From positions 960,001 to 1,024,000 of the forward strand of contig CP010425.1 in the NCBI GenBank assembly GCA_000830295.1: a stretch of DNA of 64,000 bases. Direction: 5' to 3'. The position numbers and the translations under genes were made by a program. This document shows, piece by piece, positions 8,503-18,981 of the stretch. A model generated the notes under the pieces. That model was not told the origin of the DNA and did not search any database. It worked only from the letters and a program-made list of their open reading frames with translations. Positions within the stretch are counted from its first letter, which is position 1, and every line of letters starts with the position of its first letter. Origin of the DNA: an archaeon GW2011_AR15 (GTDB taxonomy: Archaea > Nanobdellota > Nanobdellia > Woesearchaeales > GW2011-AR15).

Positions 8503-11500
8503 ATGAAATTTAAAACAGCTGTTTTGATTTTAGTATCGCTGCTTTCTCTCTCCATCTTCTCAAGTTTTTCTGTAGCTGAAACCCAATGCTGGAACTATGA
8601 TGATAACCAGACAGGATGTGAAGCAGCAGCTGACTGTGACTGGGTAGAAGACCCGTGGGGAAGCTGGTGCCAGCAAAAAAGTTGCTGGAACATGTGGAGC
8701 CAAAATGATTGTAACCAAGCTTCCAATTCATCTAATTCTGCTTTTATAAATAAAACATGCAACTGGCGAACAAGCGGTTCAGGTTCTAGTGGGTGGTGTG
8801 GTCAAGTAAGTTGTTGGTCATTTGACGGCACAGATGCAAACTCATGTGTAAATAATTCCGTGGGTGTATCATGCGAATGGATTGATGAATATAATGCTTC
8901 AGAGTATGATTTTCCATGTTCTGGTCCAAGTTCAAAACAATGCTGGACATATACAGACTCTTCTGCATGCCAGGCAGTAGCGGGATGCAGCTGGGGTATG
9001 TGTGAAGAGCAGGGATGCTGGGATTCGAATTCTAAAACAGAGTGTGAAGCCTCAACAGAACAGAACACCACCTGTAAATGGAATACGCAGTACAATTATT
9101 GTTATAAGCCGGGGTGCTGGGATTACACTGATAAATCAACCTGTGAAGCTAACAGCTGCAAATGGGATAACCAGTACTGCAGCAATAAATGGTGCTCAGA
9201 TTTTTCAGGAAAAAATGAGTCCTTCTGTGTGAATAATACAGCTTCTTTGAATTGCAAATATGAGGCCGCCGGCAACACATGCACAGACAACGGCTGCTGG
9301 AATGTGAACAATGAGGCATCCTGCAATGCAACCTCTTCATGCATCTGGGAAACATATGATGAGACTGGATGGTGTGAAGAAGTGAGGTGTTGGTCATTTG
9401 ACGGAACAGATAATTCAACATGTGTGGGTAATAATGCAGGTCTTCGTTGCACATGGGACAACAGCACAGGAAATGAATGGTGTTATGAAGATTTTAGTGC
9501 TAAGAGCTGTACTAATTACCTGTCAGAAAAACAGTGCCTTGACACTTTCTATTGTATGTGGAACACGACAAATTGTCTAGAGCCGGGTTTCGCAGGCATT
9601 ACAACAGACTTTAATCAATGGAATCCAGGATGCTATATATTTGATGGAAATGAGACACTATGCAATTCTACACTGGGATGCACATGGGATAATCCAACCC
9701 TAGACTGCAATGGAAATTCAACAATACAACAAAACGGTTTATCATGTGGAAATGTAAATAGTGCAAATCTATGCAATACAATCCCTGCCTTGGGCAGCTG
9801 CTGTTCATGGGTGAATAACACCTGCCAGACTGATAGGTATAAGACAACATGCTGGGATTCTATTGAGGAGCCTCCTGCAGGAGCAGCCTTCTGTGAAGAT
9901 TATAAGGCTTTTACTGATGACGACCTATGTGCGAAGATAGCCGGAAGCCCATGGTTCATGCCTTGCAGGTGGAACAACGGAACAGCTAGATGTGAGGCAA
10001 AACTGGATAAGATATTTACAGAAGGCAAGGAAAACATTATGCTTATAGACAATAAACAGAATTGTGAATATGCAGGAGGCAAATGGATAACTGAAAGCTA
10101 TTGTGAAGGCGCTACAGCAGTTCCTACAGGAAGGTGCGAATTAAAGTTTGATGAAGAGAGAAATTGTGATAAATCCTGTTTTGCGTGTGAATATAAGACA
10201 GATGGCACTAACTGGAGCACTGTCCAGAAGGCAAAGGATGCATGTACAGCTTCAAAACTTGGAGTGTGTGAATTTACAGAAAACTCAGGTGCACCTAATG
10301 GGTTAGGATCTTGCAATATCAAACAGGGATTTAAGAACTTAGGCGGGAAAACCTGTGATGATGATTGTGGTGCTTGCGCATATACAGGAGACCCTACATC
10401 ATCAGATCCTACTAATAGACCCTCTGCTTATTGTGCAGAGAGCGCGAAAGGATGCAAATGGCTGCCCGACCCTTTATACCCGACAGACGAGAGCAAAGGA
10501 AAATGCACTGGGTTGTCAGAAAAAACATGCAATGACAAATGTGATAAATGCATTGAAACTAATTGTGAGGATGTAGGAGCCAAAAAAGGTGATTCTTCTC
10601 TATCAAAACAATGTAGCTGGAGCGCAACTGAGAACAAATGTAATCCTTTAAGTGGCGGCGATCAGATGGAGACTTGTTTTGATGGTATAGATAATAACAA
10701 TAATGGAGACGTAGATTGTGCTGATTCAATGTGTTTTTCAGATCCTTTTTGTGGCGGCGACTTTTTTTCAACTAATAATAATTGCTGGAACTATAACAAT
10801 GATAATGAGACTTGTATAGCGAATGATTGTAATTGGGTAGAAGAGGCATGGGGCAGCTGGTGTGATATACCCGGAGCAAATTGCTGGAAATTTGACACTA
10901 CAAATGAATCAGTATGTGAGGGCCAGTCAGGCTGCCAGTGGTATCCGTTCTCAGGAAATGGACAATGCGAAGAAAACTGGGAAAAAGAAGAGTTCAATAC
11001 ATGCTTTAATTTTAATAACCAAAGCGACTGCACAGGCAACTGTACATGGATAGTTGATACATGGTGCCAGGAGGTTGGTGGAAGGTGTGAAACAAACTGG
11101 AATTCTACAGGGAATGACTGGAAAGACTGTTGGCAGGTTTACGGGCAATGGGGACAGGAAGACAAAGCTGGGTGTATAGCTGATCCTGCATGCAATTGGG
11201 TTAATGATACCTGGTGCCAATCCCAGGGAGTGAATACAGGATGGTGCGACCATGTTAAGTTTTCATGCTGGAATTATAAAAATGAAACATCATGCACTGA
11301 TGTAGTGGATTCTGTTAACAGGTCTGAATGGTGTGAATGGCGTTCAGATGAATGGGGCGATTGGTGTCAAAGCAAATCTGAGGGAGGATCATCATGTTGG
11401 AATGTTGAAAATGAATCAACCTGTACAAGTCAAGGGTGTAATTGGTTAGTAGGACTTTGTGATCCAATAGGATTTGGCGGTCAAGGTGGCAGTGGAGGAG

Positions 11501-14358
11501 GATTTGCGCAGACCTGCTTTAAGTATACAGGCAATGAGACAGCATGCACAAATACCACAGGATGCGGCTGGTTCCCTGAACCTCAGCCGTTCTGCGATGT
11601 TGATTTCAGCAGTGATTGCCCACAATACTGGAATGATAATACCAGCTGTATAAACAACCCTCAATGTGAATGGAAAACTGATGGATTTGGAGGAGGATGG
11701 TGTGATTCAAAAATATTTAATTGTTTCCAATTAAATGACAACGCATCATGTACAAACTCAACACATTGTACTTGGTCTGGATATAGTTGTGAGCCTAGCT
11801 GTTTTGTTGGAAATAAAGACGAATCTGCCTGTGGAGCTGTCTTATTAAATAGTTCAAGTGTACCTGCATGCAGATGGACTTCAGGTTGGTGCGATTCTGG
11901 GTTGAATACACAGTTCTTTAAAGATATGGAGGGAGGAGAGCCTGTAATGCTTGGAGTTGACCCTGTAGGAGATGCAAGCACCAATGAGACTGATATTATT
12001 GGACTGGGAATGAAAGATATGGGCAATGCATTTGGATTTGGCATCCCAGTTGTTGATTTGGCCAATGCAGCTGTATGTAATAATATGAATCTGCGAAACG
12101 GAGGCAAGGGGGCCGGAAAAAACACAACAAAATTCTTCTGGTATCTTGATGCAGATGGTGATAAAACAAATAATTGTGCAGCTAAACATAATATCTCAGA
12201 TACAGGATATGAATTTTACTTTACTTATGCTGTCGGATGGGACCAGCAGAGCAATGATATAAGCGAGAATATGACCTCATTTAAATGCTCATCAGGAAGC
12301 TTTGTTGCTACAGACATTAAATTAAGCGTATTTAGGAACATGTTATGCAATGAGATTGGCGGAGGCATGGTAGCTGTTGAAAAAACAGATTTAGAAAAAT
12401 TCACAATATTATATAATGCAAGCGCAGATTTGAGAGTTAGTGCAGCAACAGCCGGAGATGGGAATAATATCACTTCTGTAAGTGATTACATAAGCCCAGG
12501 ATTCGCTACTCCGGGAGCAATTGATTTCTCACTTGATTCCTTTGACCTATTTAAAATGCAGGGTAATAATTCAAATAATAAAGGCCAGGACAATGCTTTC
12601 AAAGGCTTTGTACAGTATGATGCAGATTGCTGGACGTCATCAGGATGTTCAGATTATTCATGTATGAACCATCCTTATTGTGTTGCTAACTCTTTAGGCG
12701 TGCATGCTGCAGGATTTGAGGATACAAGAATGCCTAAGATAAAGGCAATTACAAGAGAAACCTACAGGGATGCTGCACTGATAAACTATTTCACAGATAA
12801 GCCAGCTAACGGAACATTGCACTTCTATAGCACAGACAGCACATGCACAACAGAGAATGCTACAATATACGATACAGGAATTAACAATTCATATGTGAGA
12901 GATTACAGACTGCCGCACGTAGCTGAGATATATAACGATGGCGGGGCAGATTCACTGCCATACGCTCTTTCAGAAGATACAAAATATTACTTTAAGTTAG
13001 AAATATGTGATGAGGACGGAAAATGCGGAAAAAGTGCCTGCTCATCATTTAAGACAGAAACTACAGCATCATGCGGTTTCTGTAACTTTGTTACAAGGCT
13101 GCAGACGCCAGCAGGATGGGTTGTAAGCTATGACCTTGACCAGGACGGCACATATGAACATGTCCAGGGTGAAGTATGCGGTGTTAATGCGGGTATGAAG
13201 ACTAATTATAGCACAGGTAGAGCAGCAAATATACTGCTTAAACAATCAGATAACACCTCCTGGATTGAATTTAAAGATGCCAGATTGACAAAAACAGGAC
13301 TTGGCAGTAAGATAAGCAATATACAATCAACATCAGCTCTTGCACAGGGAACCACAACAGATGCATCAGGAAATAACATAGGCTATGTTGGTATGGTATC
13401 TGACACAAGAGATAAAATCATAAATAATCTATATCCGGAACAATGCCTGATAAAGATACCCGGGACAGGAAGCTGTACAGAATTATGGCACTGCAACGAC
13501 GAGTTAACTACTTGCGTAGACAGGACAGATGAAGCAACATTAAATGAAACAGGCAGCGATTACTGCATCTGGGAGATACCTTTCTGTGAATTCTCTGTCT
13601 GGGCAGGAGGCCAGCCAAGCACCAATGAAGATAATGGCGGTGGAGGCAGCGGTGGCGGAGGCGGCGGAGGCGGGGGCGGCAGCTCAGGCGGAGGAGGGGG
13701 AAGTTCTGCGGCTTCAGATAAAACTTCAAGGAAAATGACATGGACGGCTGTCAGAGCCGGGCAGGTGCTGACTTTTAAACCAAACAGCATCAGTATACCT
13801 GTTGATGACGTAGTGTTTACTTCAAAAAATGATATCTCCCTAATGGTTCTGGAAGTGATTGTACATGAAATAAAGCCAGGCAGCATAACTGAGCTTGAAA
13901 ATTCATTTAATTATCTTGAATTTCAACCTGAGAATTTCACTCAGTCAGATATTGAAGGTGATGTTGAAATAAAATTCTCTATAGAAAAATCATGGGTAGA
14001 TGAAAACGCGAAGGACAAAAATTCTGTTTACCTATACAAGTATTTTGGTGATACCTGGAATAGGCTTGAGACAGGGCTGATAAACGAAAGCGAAGAAAAA
14101 TACACCTACAAAGCCACAACAGCATTTTTCAGTTATTATGCTATTGCTGCAGATGAAAAGCCGGAAGAGCAGGCAGAAGATGAACCTGAAGCTGCAGATA
14201 ATGGTGAGGGGGAAGAAATCACATTCAATAAGATTATTGAGCCTATTGTAGAAAAAATTTCTGAGTTTAGATGGTGGATCGTGGGAGCAGGAATGATTGT
14301 GTTTGTTATATTATTACTGGTATTTCACAATCCGCATAAACATGTTGATAAGAAATAA
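8503..14358 (+). CDS. Giant Cys/Trp-repeat cell-surface protein with PGF-pre-PGF-like domain and C-terminal TM anchor
   Basis: Signal peptide; dozens of CW-x-C-x-CxW-x-GWC units over about 1130 aa; DGIDNNNNGDVDCADSMC metal-binding-like motif; poly-Gly linker; ...TTAFFSYYAI beta domain; acidic stalk, TM helix and basic tail. Confidence 0.85.
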   Translation: MKFKTAVLILVSLLSLSIFSSFSVAETQCWNYDDNQTGCEAAADCDWVEDPWGSWCQQKSCWNMWSQNDCNQASNSSNSAFINKTCNWRTSGSGSSGWCGQVSCWSFDGTDANSCVNNSVGVSCEWIDEYNASEYDFPCSGPSSKQCWTYTDSSACQAVAGCSWGMCEEQGCWDSNSKTECEASTEQNTTCKWNTQYNYCYKPGCWDYTDKSTCEANSCKWDNQYCSNKWCSDFSGKNESFCVNNTASLNCKYEAAGNTCTDNGCWNVNNEASCNATSSCIWETYDETGWCEEVRCWSFDGTDNSTCVGNNAGLRCTWDNSTGNEWCYEDFSAKSCTNYLSEKQCLDTFYCMWNTTNCLEPGFAGITTDFNQWNPGCYIFDGNETLCNSTLGCTWDNPTLDCNGNSTIQQNGLSCGNVNSANLCNTIPALGSCCSWVNNTCQTDRYKTTCWDSIEEPPAGAAFCEDYKAFTDDDLCAKIAGSPWFMPCRWNNGTARCEAKLDKIFTEGKENIMLIDNKQNCEYAGGKWITESYCEGATAVPTGRCELKFDEERNCDKSCFACEYKTDGTNWSTVQKAKDACTASKLGVCEFTENSGAPNGLGSCNIKQGFKNLGGKTCDDDCGACAYTGDPTSSDPTNRPSAYCAESAKGCKWLPDPLYPTDESKGKCTGLSEKTCNDKCDKCIETNCEDVGAKKGDSSLSKQCSWSATENKCNPLSGGDQMETCFDGIDNNNNGDVDCADSMCFSDPFCGGDFFSTNNNCWNYNNDNETCIANDCNWVEEAWGSWCDIPGANCWKFDTTNESVCEGQSGCQWYPFSGNGQCEENWEKEEFNTCFNFNNQSDCTGNCTWIVDTWCQEVGGRCETNWNSTGNDWKDCWQVYGQWGQEDKAGCIADPACNWVNDTWCQSQGVNTGWCDHVKFSCWNYKNETSCTDVVDSVNRSEWCEWRSDEWGDWCQSKSEGGSSCWNVENESTCTSQGCNWLVGLCDPIGFGGQGGSGGGFAQTCFKYTGNETACTNTTGCGWFPEPQPFCDVDFSSDCPQYWNDNTSCINNPQCEWKTDGFGGGWCDSKIFNCFQLNDNASCTNSTHCTWSGYSCEPSCFVGNKDESACGAVLLNSSSVPACRWTSGWCDSGLNTQFFKDMEGGEPVMLGVDPVGDASTNETDIIGLGMKDMGNAFGFGIPVVDLANAAVCNNMNLRNGGKGAGKNTTKFFWYLDADGDKTNNCAAKHNISDTGYEFYFTYAVGWDQQSNDISENMTSFKCSSGSFVATDIKLSVFRNMLCNEIGGGMVAVEKTDLEKFTILYNASADLRVSAATAGDGNNITSVSDYISPGFATPGAIDFSLDSFDLFKMQGNNSNNKGQDNAFKGFVQYDADCWTSSGCSDYSCMNHPYCVANSLGVHAAGFEDTRMPKIKAITRETYRDAALINYFTDKPANGTLHFYSTDSTCTTENATIYDTGINNSYVRDYRLPHVAEIYNDGGADSLPYALSEDTKYYFKLEICDEDGKCGKSACSSFKTETTASCGFCNFVTRLQTPAGWVVSYDLDQDGTYEHVQGEVCGVNAGMKTNYSTGRAANILLKQSDNTSWIEFKDARLTKTGLGSKISNIQSTSALAQGTTTDASGNNIGYVGMVSDTRDKIINNLYPEQCLIKIPGTGSCTELWHCNDELTTCVDRTDEATLNETGSDYCIWEIPFCEFSVWAGGQPSTNEDNGGGGSGGGGGGGGGGSSGGGGGSSAASDKTSRKMTWTAVRAGQVLTFKPNSISIPVDDVVFTSKNDISLMVLEVIVHEIKPGSITELENSFNYLEFQPENFTQSDIEGDVEIKFSIEKSWVDENAKDKNSVYLYKYFGDTWNRLETGLINESEEKYTYKATTAFFSYYAIAADEKPEEQAEDEPEAADNGEGEEITFNKIIEPIVEKISEFRWWIVGAGMIVFVILLLVFHNPHKHVDKK

Positions 14359-14389
14359 CTTTTTATTCTAATTATAAATTATAGTGAAT

Positions 14390-15097
14390 ATGGAGATATA
14401 TGACCATATTGAGATGCTTGACCTTGGGCTTTACCTGAAGGATTACGGGATTCTTGCTATTTCAGACACGCAGATAGGCTATGAGGAGTCTCTTAACAAG
14501 CAGGGGATCATGCTTCCGAGGTTCCAGCATAAGGACCTTATGAAAAGGGTAAAGAAACTTGTGGAGATATGCAGGCCCGGGAAAATAATCATAAACGGAG
14601 ACCTGAAGCACGAGTTCGGCAGGGTTAGCGGGACAGAGTGGAGATATACGCTTGAGCTTATAGACTTCCTTGGAGAGAAAGCAGAGCTGGTGCTGGTAAG
14701 GGGAAACCATGACAAGACTCTCGGGCCGATTGCTGAGAAAAAAAACCTTGAGATTGTGGATTACTATGTCGTGGGGGATATTTATTTCTGCCACGGCCAC
14801 GAAATCCCGGAAAACAGCGATTTCAAAAAAGCAAAGGCAGTCATCATAGGCCATGAGCATCCTGCAATAGGATTAAGAGAGAATGGCAGAGTTGAGAGAT
14901 TCAAATGCTTTCTCAGAGGGAAGTATAAGAACAAAACACTCTTGGTGCTGCCGTCATTCAACCTGCTTACAGAAGGCACTGATGTGCTCAGCGAAAAACT
15001 TTTGAGCCCGTTCCTGAAGCAGAATATTAAAGACTTTGAGGTTTTTGTGGCTGCGGATAGAATAAGGAGTTTTGGAAAAATAAAAGAGCTGCTGTAA
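14390..15097 (+). CDS. Calcineurin-like metallophosphoesterase (archaeal SbcD/Mre11-related family)
   Basis: SDTQIGYE, NGDLKH, RGNHD, HGH and GHEHP motifs. Confidence 0.9.
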   Translation: MEIYDHIEMLDLGLYLKDYGILAISDTQIGYEESLNKQGIMLPRFQHKDLMKRVKKLVEICRPGKIIINGDLKHEFGRVSGTEWRYTLELIDFLGEKAELVLVRGNHDKTLGPIAEKKNLEIVDYYVVGDIYFCHGHEIPENSDFKKAKAVIIGHEHPAIGLRENGRVERFKCFLRGKYKNKTLLVLPSFNLLTEGTDVLSEKLLSPFLKQNIKDFEVFVAADRIRSFGKIKELL

Positions 15098-15643
15098 TCA
15101 GCTGCTGTAAAGCACCTTGAGAAGATCAGCCTTGGTTATGACGCCAAGCAGCTCTCCCCTTTCTTCTATAAGGACAAGGGGAAAATCCTTCAGCAGATTT
15201 CCTATAACTTCCTGCGAAGTGTAGGGCGGCATTACAGGAGGGTTGCCTTTCATGACCTCACGGACAAGGGAAAGAGATTTACCCTCTATTACTTTATCAA
15301 GGAGAAGGGATTCGGATATATAGCCTACAACCTTATTCTGCTTTACAACAGGCATCTGTGAAATGTTTTTCTGCCTCATCTTCAGTATAGTATCCTTTAT
15401 TGTGTCTGACTCCTTTGCGGATATGATTTTCCTGTACATTATGTCTTTTGCAGTGAGCCCGCTGCCCTTATCCATGCCCCTCAGGGTCTCAAATATCTTC
15501 TTTGCGTTGGTATAGCTGGGGTCGATTTTCCCTGACTCAATCTTTGCAATCAGGGACTGGGATACACCTGATTTATAAGCCAGTTCAGACTGGGTCAGCC
15601 CAATTTTTTTTCTCATTCTCTTTATCTCTGAAATATCTTCCAT
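15098..15643 (-). CDS. XRE-HTH plus CBS-pair transcriptional regulator (COG3620-like)
   Basis: GLTQSELAYKSGVSQSLIAKIESGKIDPSY HTH followed by two CBS domains (ISQMPVV; GVITKADLL). Start placed at MEDISE. Confidence 0.9.
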   Translation of the reverse strand: MEDISEIKRMRKKIGLTQSELAYKSGVSQSLIAKIESGKIDPSYTNAKKIFETLRGMDKGSGLTAKDIMYRKIISAKESDTIKDTILKMRQKNISQMPVVKQNKVVGYISESLLLDKVIEGKSLSLVREVMKGNPPVMPPYTSQEVIGNLLKDFPLVLIEERGELLGVITKADLLKVLYSS

Positions 15644-15829
15644 AGTCCAGGTTAATCTTGGTTTATTTATTAATTTTCTGTTTTTATTCATAGCGGAATG
15701 AAATGTTTCTCAGAGGGCAGTTTTTTTCGTTGTTCTGAAAATAACCATTTAATATTCTAATAGGAATATTATTTTCAGTAAGCTTTATAACTAAAAGCGG
15801 GGAACCAGAACCCAATAGGAGGGATCATC

Positions 15830-16996
15830 ATGATAAACAACAAGAAGAAATTTTTATTCACATCAGAGAGCGTTACAGAAGGCCACCCTGACAAGATATG
15901 CGACCAGATAAGCGACGGAATACTTGATGCCATATACAGGGAAGACCCCAATGGCAGGGTTGCTGTTGAGTGCCTTACAAAGACAGGCAGTGTCATGATA
16001 GGGGGAGAAGTCACTACCTCCACTTATGTTGAGATGCAGGATATTGCCCGCAATGTGCTGAAGAGGATAGGGTATGACAAGCACCATTACGGATTTGAGT
16101 CAGAGACAGTGGGCGTCTGGATCAATATAAGCAAACAGAGCCCTGAGATAGCTCAGGGAGTTAATGAATCCGGCAATCATGAGCAGGGTGCAGGAGACCA
16201 GGGCATGATGTTCGGGTTTGCCACAAACGAGACTGCTGAGCTGATGCCTCTCACTATATTGCTTGCCCACAGGCTTACACATAAGCTTGCGGAGGTAAGG
16301 AAAAACAAGAAACTGCCATATCTGAGGCCGGACGGCAAGTCGCAGGTTACAGTTGAATATGAGAACGGAGAGCCGAAAAGGGTGCATACGGTCGTGATTG
16401 CTGCACAGCATGATGAAGAGGCCACACTGGAGCAGATAAGGAAGGATGTGATAGAGCATGTCATAAAGCCTGTCTGCGGGAAATGGATTGATGCCAAAAC
16501 AATCTATCATGTCAACGGCACAGGAAAGTTTGTCATCGGAGGCCCTGTTGCTGATGCAGGCTGCACAGGAAGGAAAATAATCGTTGACTCATATGGCGGA
16601 GTCGGAAGGCACGGAGGAGGGGCGTTCTCAGGGAAGGATCCGAGCAAGGTTGACAGAAGCGGAGCCTACTTCGGCAGGTATGTGGCAAAGAACATTGTCG
16701 CAGCAGGGCTTGCAGATGTCTGCGAGGTCCAGGTTGCATACTGCATCGGAGTTGCACAGCCTGTTTCAGTCATGGTTGAAACTTTCGGGACTAATAAAAT
16801 TCCCGAAGAGAAGATTGAGAGCCTTGTCAAAAAGCACTTTGACTTCAGGCCTGCCAGGATAATTGAGAAGCTGAAATTAAGGAGGCCAATATACGAGAAA
16901 ACTGCCTCATACGGTCATTTCGGCCGCAATGACCCGGATTTCACATGGGAAAAGACAGATATGGCTGCTCTGCTGAAAAAAGAAGCAGGCCATTAG
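15830..16996 (+). CDS. metK: S-adenosylmethionine synthetase, bacterial/eukaryotic type
   Basis: [45 protein letters not shown] and YGHFGR motifs. Confidence 0.97.
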   Translation: MINNKKKFLFTSESVTEGHPDKICDQISDGILDAIYREDPNGRVAVECLTKTGSVMIGGEVTTSTYVEMQDIARNVLKRIGYDKHHYGFESETVGVWINISKQSPEIAQGVNESGNHEQGAGDQGMMFGFATNETAELMPLTILLAHRLTHKLAEVRKNKKLPYLRPDGKSQVTVEYENGEPKRVHTVVIAAQHDEEATLEQIRKDVIEHVIKPVCGKWIDAKTIYHVNGTGKFVIGGPVADAGCTGRKIIVDSYGGVGRHGGGAFSGKDPSKVDRSGAYFGRYVAKNIVAAGLADVCEVQVAYCIGVAQPVSVMVETFGTNKIPEEKIESLVKKHFDFRPARIIEKLKLRRPIYEKTASYGHFGRNDPDFTWEKTDMAALLKKEAGH

Positions 16997-17041
16997 GTTT
17001 TTTAAATTAGATTTAAATATAAGCTGTTCCTCCGTTGATAA

Positions 17042-18370
17042 ATGCAGCGGATTGATGAGAACACAGTGATGTTTGATAACGGGGTAATGGCGGTTGCTGA
17101 CCCGACTAAAGACCCGGAAATAAAATATTCTGCAACAACAGTGGGAATACATGTCGGCGCTAACGGGGACAAGATTGAAGGGGAAGCGCATGCCCTGGAG
17201 CATATGGTTCTGAATGAGGATGGCATAAGAAAAGATCCTATCTCACTTGCAAGGTATCTGGAGTTTAAAGGATTTAATTTCAACGCCCATACTTCTAATG
17301 ACTATACGACTTATGAGGTGCAATGCCTTCCTGAGCTGCTTCATACGGGTATTGATTTCCTTGATAATACTATAAGAAACGAGAATTACAGCTATGAGGA
17401 GACAACAAGGGAAGTCAGGGGAGTAATAGGCTCTGAGCTTGAGACATATGATAAAGACCCTGTGCAGAGGTTTGGTTCAAGGGTTGTAACTTCAAGAGTT
17501 TTTGACGGGACAGGATATGCACACGATGAAGTAGGCACCCATAAATCACTGGCTCAGATGACCATACCAACGTTTATAGATTTTAAGAGGAGAAATTATA
17601 AGACAAAGGCAAAGCAGGGGGAAAGCAACATCATAATAGCTTCAGCCGGCAGAGTCAATAAGGATGAATTCTTCAATTACGCTGAGGAAGTATTCGGCAA
17701 AATGAAAGATGAGAGGGCGGTTGAGATAGAGGAAAACTGGAATTTCAGGCCTGGAGTTAAGTATGTAGAATACGATGAACTCATTGTCAGAAGCAGGGAG
17801 GATTTTGACCAGGCACTGCTTTCGGTTTCATACAGGATTCCGCCTGTCAGCCATCCTGACAGCTTCGGGCTTGAATTTATTGAATTTATGTTTGGAGAGG
17901 GCTTTACTTCAAGGATGATGGAAGAGATAAGAGTGAGAAGGGGACTTACATATGACGCAGGATCCACTTATCTTTCCATGGGGAACTGCGGAGTTATGGA
18001 GCTCCATGTTACAATGTTCCCGGCAAAAAAGATTGACCAGACTGTTGGACTGGTTCTTGACGTTATTGAAAGCTTTCCTAAAAAGATAAAGGAAGATAAG
18101 GAGTTATTTGAAGGCAAACTTACGCACTATAAGTCAACAATTGCGCAGAAGACATACGCCCCTGACGAATTATGCGAAGAATGGATACTGCATTATTTTG
18201 GTAAATATCCTTACTCTTTTAAGGAGGAATTTGAACTTGCCAGCAGAATAAACAAGGATATGATCCTTGACATTTATGAGAGGAATTTTGCCAATGCAGA
18301 GCCCATAATAGCAATTGCAGCTGCTCCGGGCTACAAGAACAATTATTCTAAATACCTTAACCAAAAATAG
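17042..18370 (+). CDS. M16 (pitrilysin-like) zinc peptidase
   Basis: Inverted zincin motif HALEH, FNAHTS..YT.Y, and C-terminal SRMMEEIRVRRGLTY. Confidence 0.9.
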   Translation: MQRIDENTVMFDNGVMAVADPTKDPEIKYSATTVGIHVGANGDKIEGEAHALEHMVLNEDGIRKDPISLARYLEFKGFNFNAHTSNDYTTYEVQCLPELLHTGIDFLDNTIRNENYSYEETTREVRGVIGSELETYDKDPVQRFGSRVVTSRVFDGTGYAHDEVGTHKSLAQMTIPTFIDFKRRNYKTKAKQGESNIIIASAGRVNKDEFFNYAEEVFGKMKDERAVEIEENWNFRPGVKYVEYDELIVRSREDFDQALLSVSYRIPPVSHPDSFGLEFIEFMFGEGFTSRMMEEIRVRRGLTYDAGSTYLSMGNCGVMELHVTMFPAKKIDQTVGLVLDVIESFPKKIKEDKELFEGKLTHYKSTIAQKTYAPDELCEEWILHYFGKYPYSFKEEFELASRINKDMILDIYERNFANAEPIIAIAAAPGYKNNYSKYLNQK

Positions 18371-18908
18371 GCAGCAGGTCCCTTATGCTCTGCGAGAATA
18401 GGCCGAGGAACTTGGCAAGTGCTTCCAGCATACTCATTTTAAATCTCAGCCATCCTGAAGTTATCTCATAGATGATATTCCCATCTCCGACTTCAGCAGC
18501 AGCCTGCTTTGCCCCGTTTTCAGATTCAAATACCCTGAGCGCAGAAGCCTCGGATGCAAGGATTATGACATCCGGCTCTTCATCCAGCATTTCGCCTTCC
18601 TTTATGGATTTCAGCCTGCTTGACTTTGTCTCCGCTATAATTGCATAAGTAAATGTTTTGTTTTCCCAACTGACAAATGATATCGGGTCATCATCAAGCT
18701 TTGCAGCATAGTCAGAATAGTATTCTTCCGGCACTATGTATGCCTGTATTGTGCTTCCGCTAAGAATAAGGGAAACTCCTGAAGGCAGCTTCTCATCTGA
18801 GCCGTCTTTTGCAAGAAGCTCATTCATATGCTCGTCAAGGGTCTTTGCAGTTACTGAAGACACAAGAAGCAGCATTGCGAGAACAATCAACAGAAGTTTC
18901 AATTTCAT
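18357..18908 (-). CDS. Secreted hypothetical protein (possible SCP2-like fold)
   Basis: Signal peptide. PDVIILASE...GDGNIIYE pattern is loosely like SCP2 lipid-binding domains; fold is tentative. Confidence 0.55.
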   Translation of the reverse strand: MKLKLLLIVLAMLLLVSSVTAKTLDEHMNELLAKDGSDEKLPSGVSLILSGSTIQAYIVPEEYYSDYAAKLDDDPISFVSWENKTFTYAIIAETKSSRLKSIKEGEMLDEEPDVIILASEASALRVFESENGAKQAAAEVGDGNIIYEITSGWLRFKMSMLEALAKFLGLFSQSIRDLLPIFG

Positions 18909-18981
18909 TTAGGGAACTGATGGATAGCCGGTATATAAATTTTTCTGTAAGGTTAATTTAATAAAAAATAAAAGAAAAAAA

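Noticed and set aside
8580-11900. Possible CRISPR or DGR-like nucleotide repeats in the Cys-rich gene
   Set aside because: The repeats are degenerate at protein level only. No identical spaced repeats, no adenine-specific TR/VR pair and no RT were seen.
13636-13710. GC-rich GGC/GGA repeat
   Set aside because: Encodes the poly-Gly/Ser linker of the surface protein; not a separate element.
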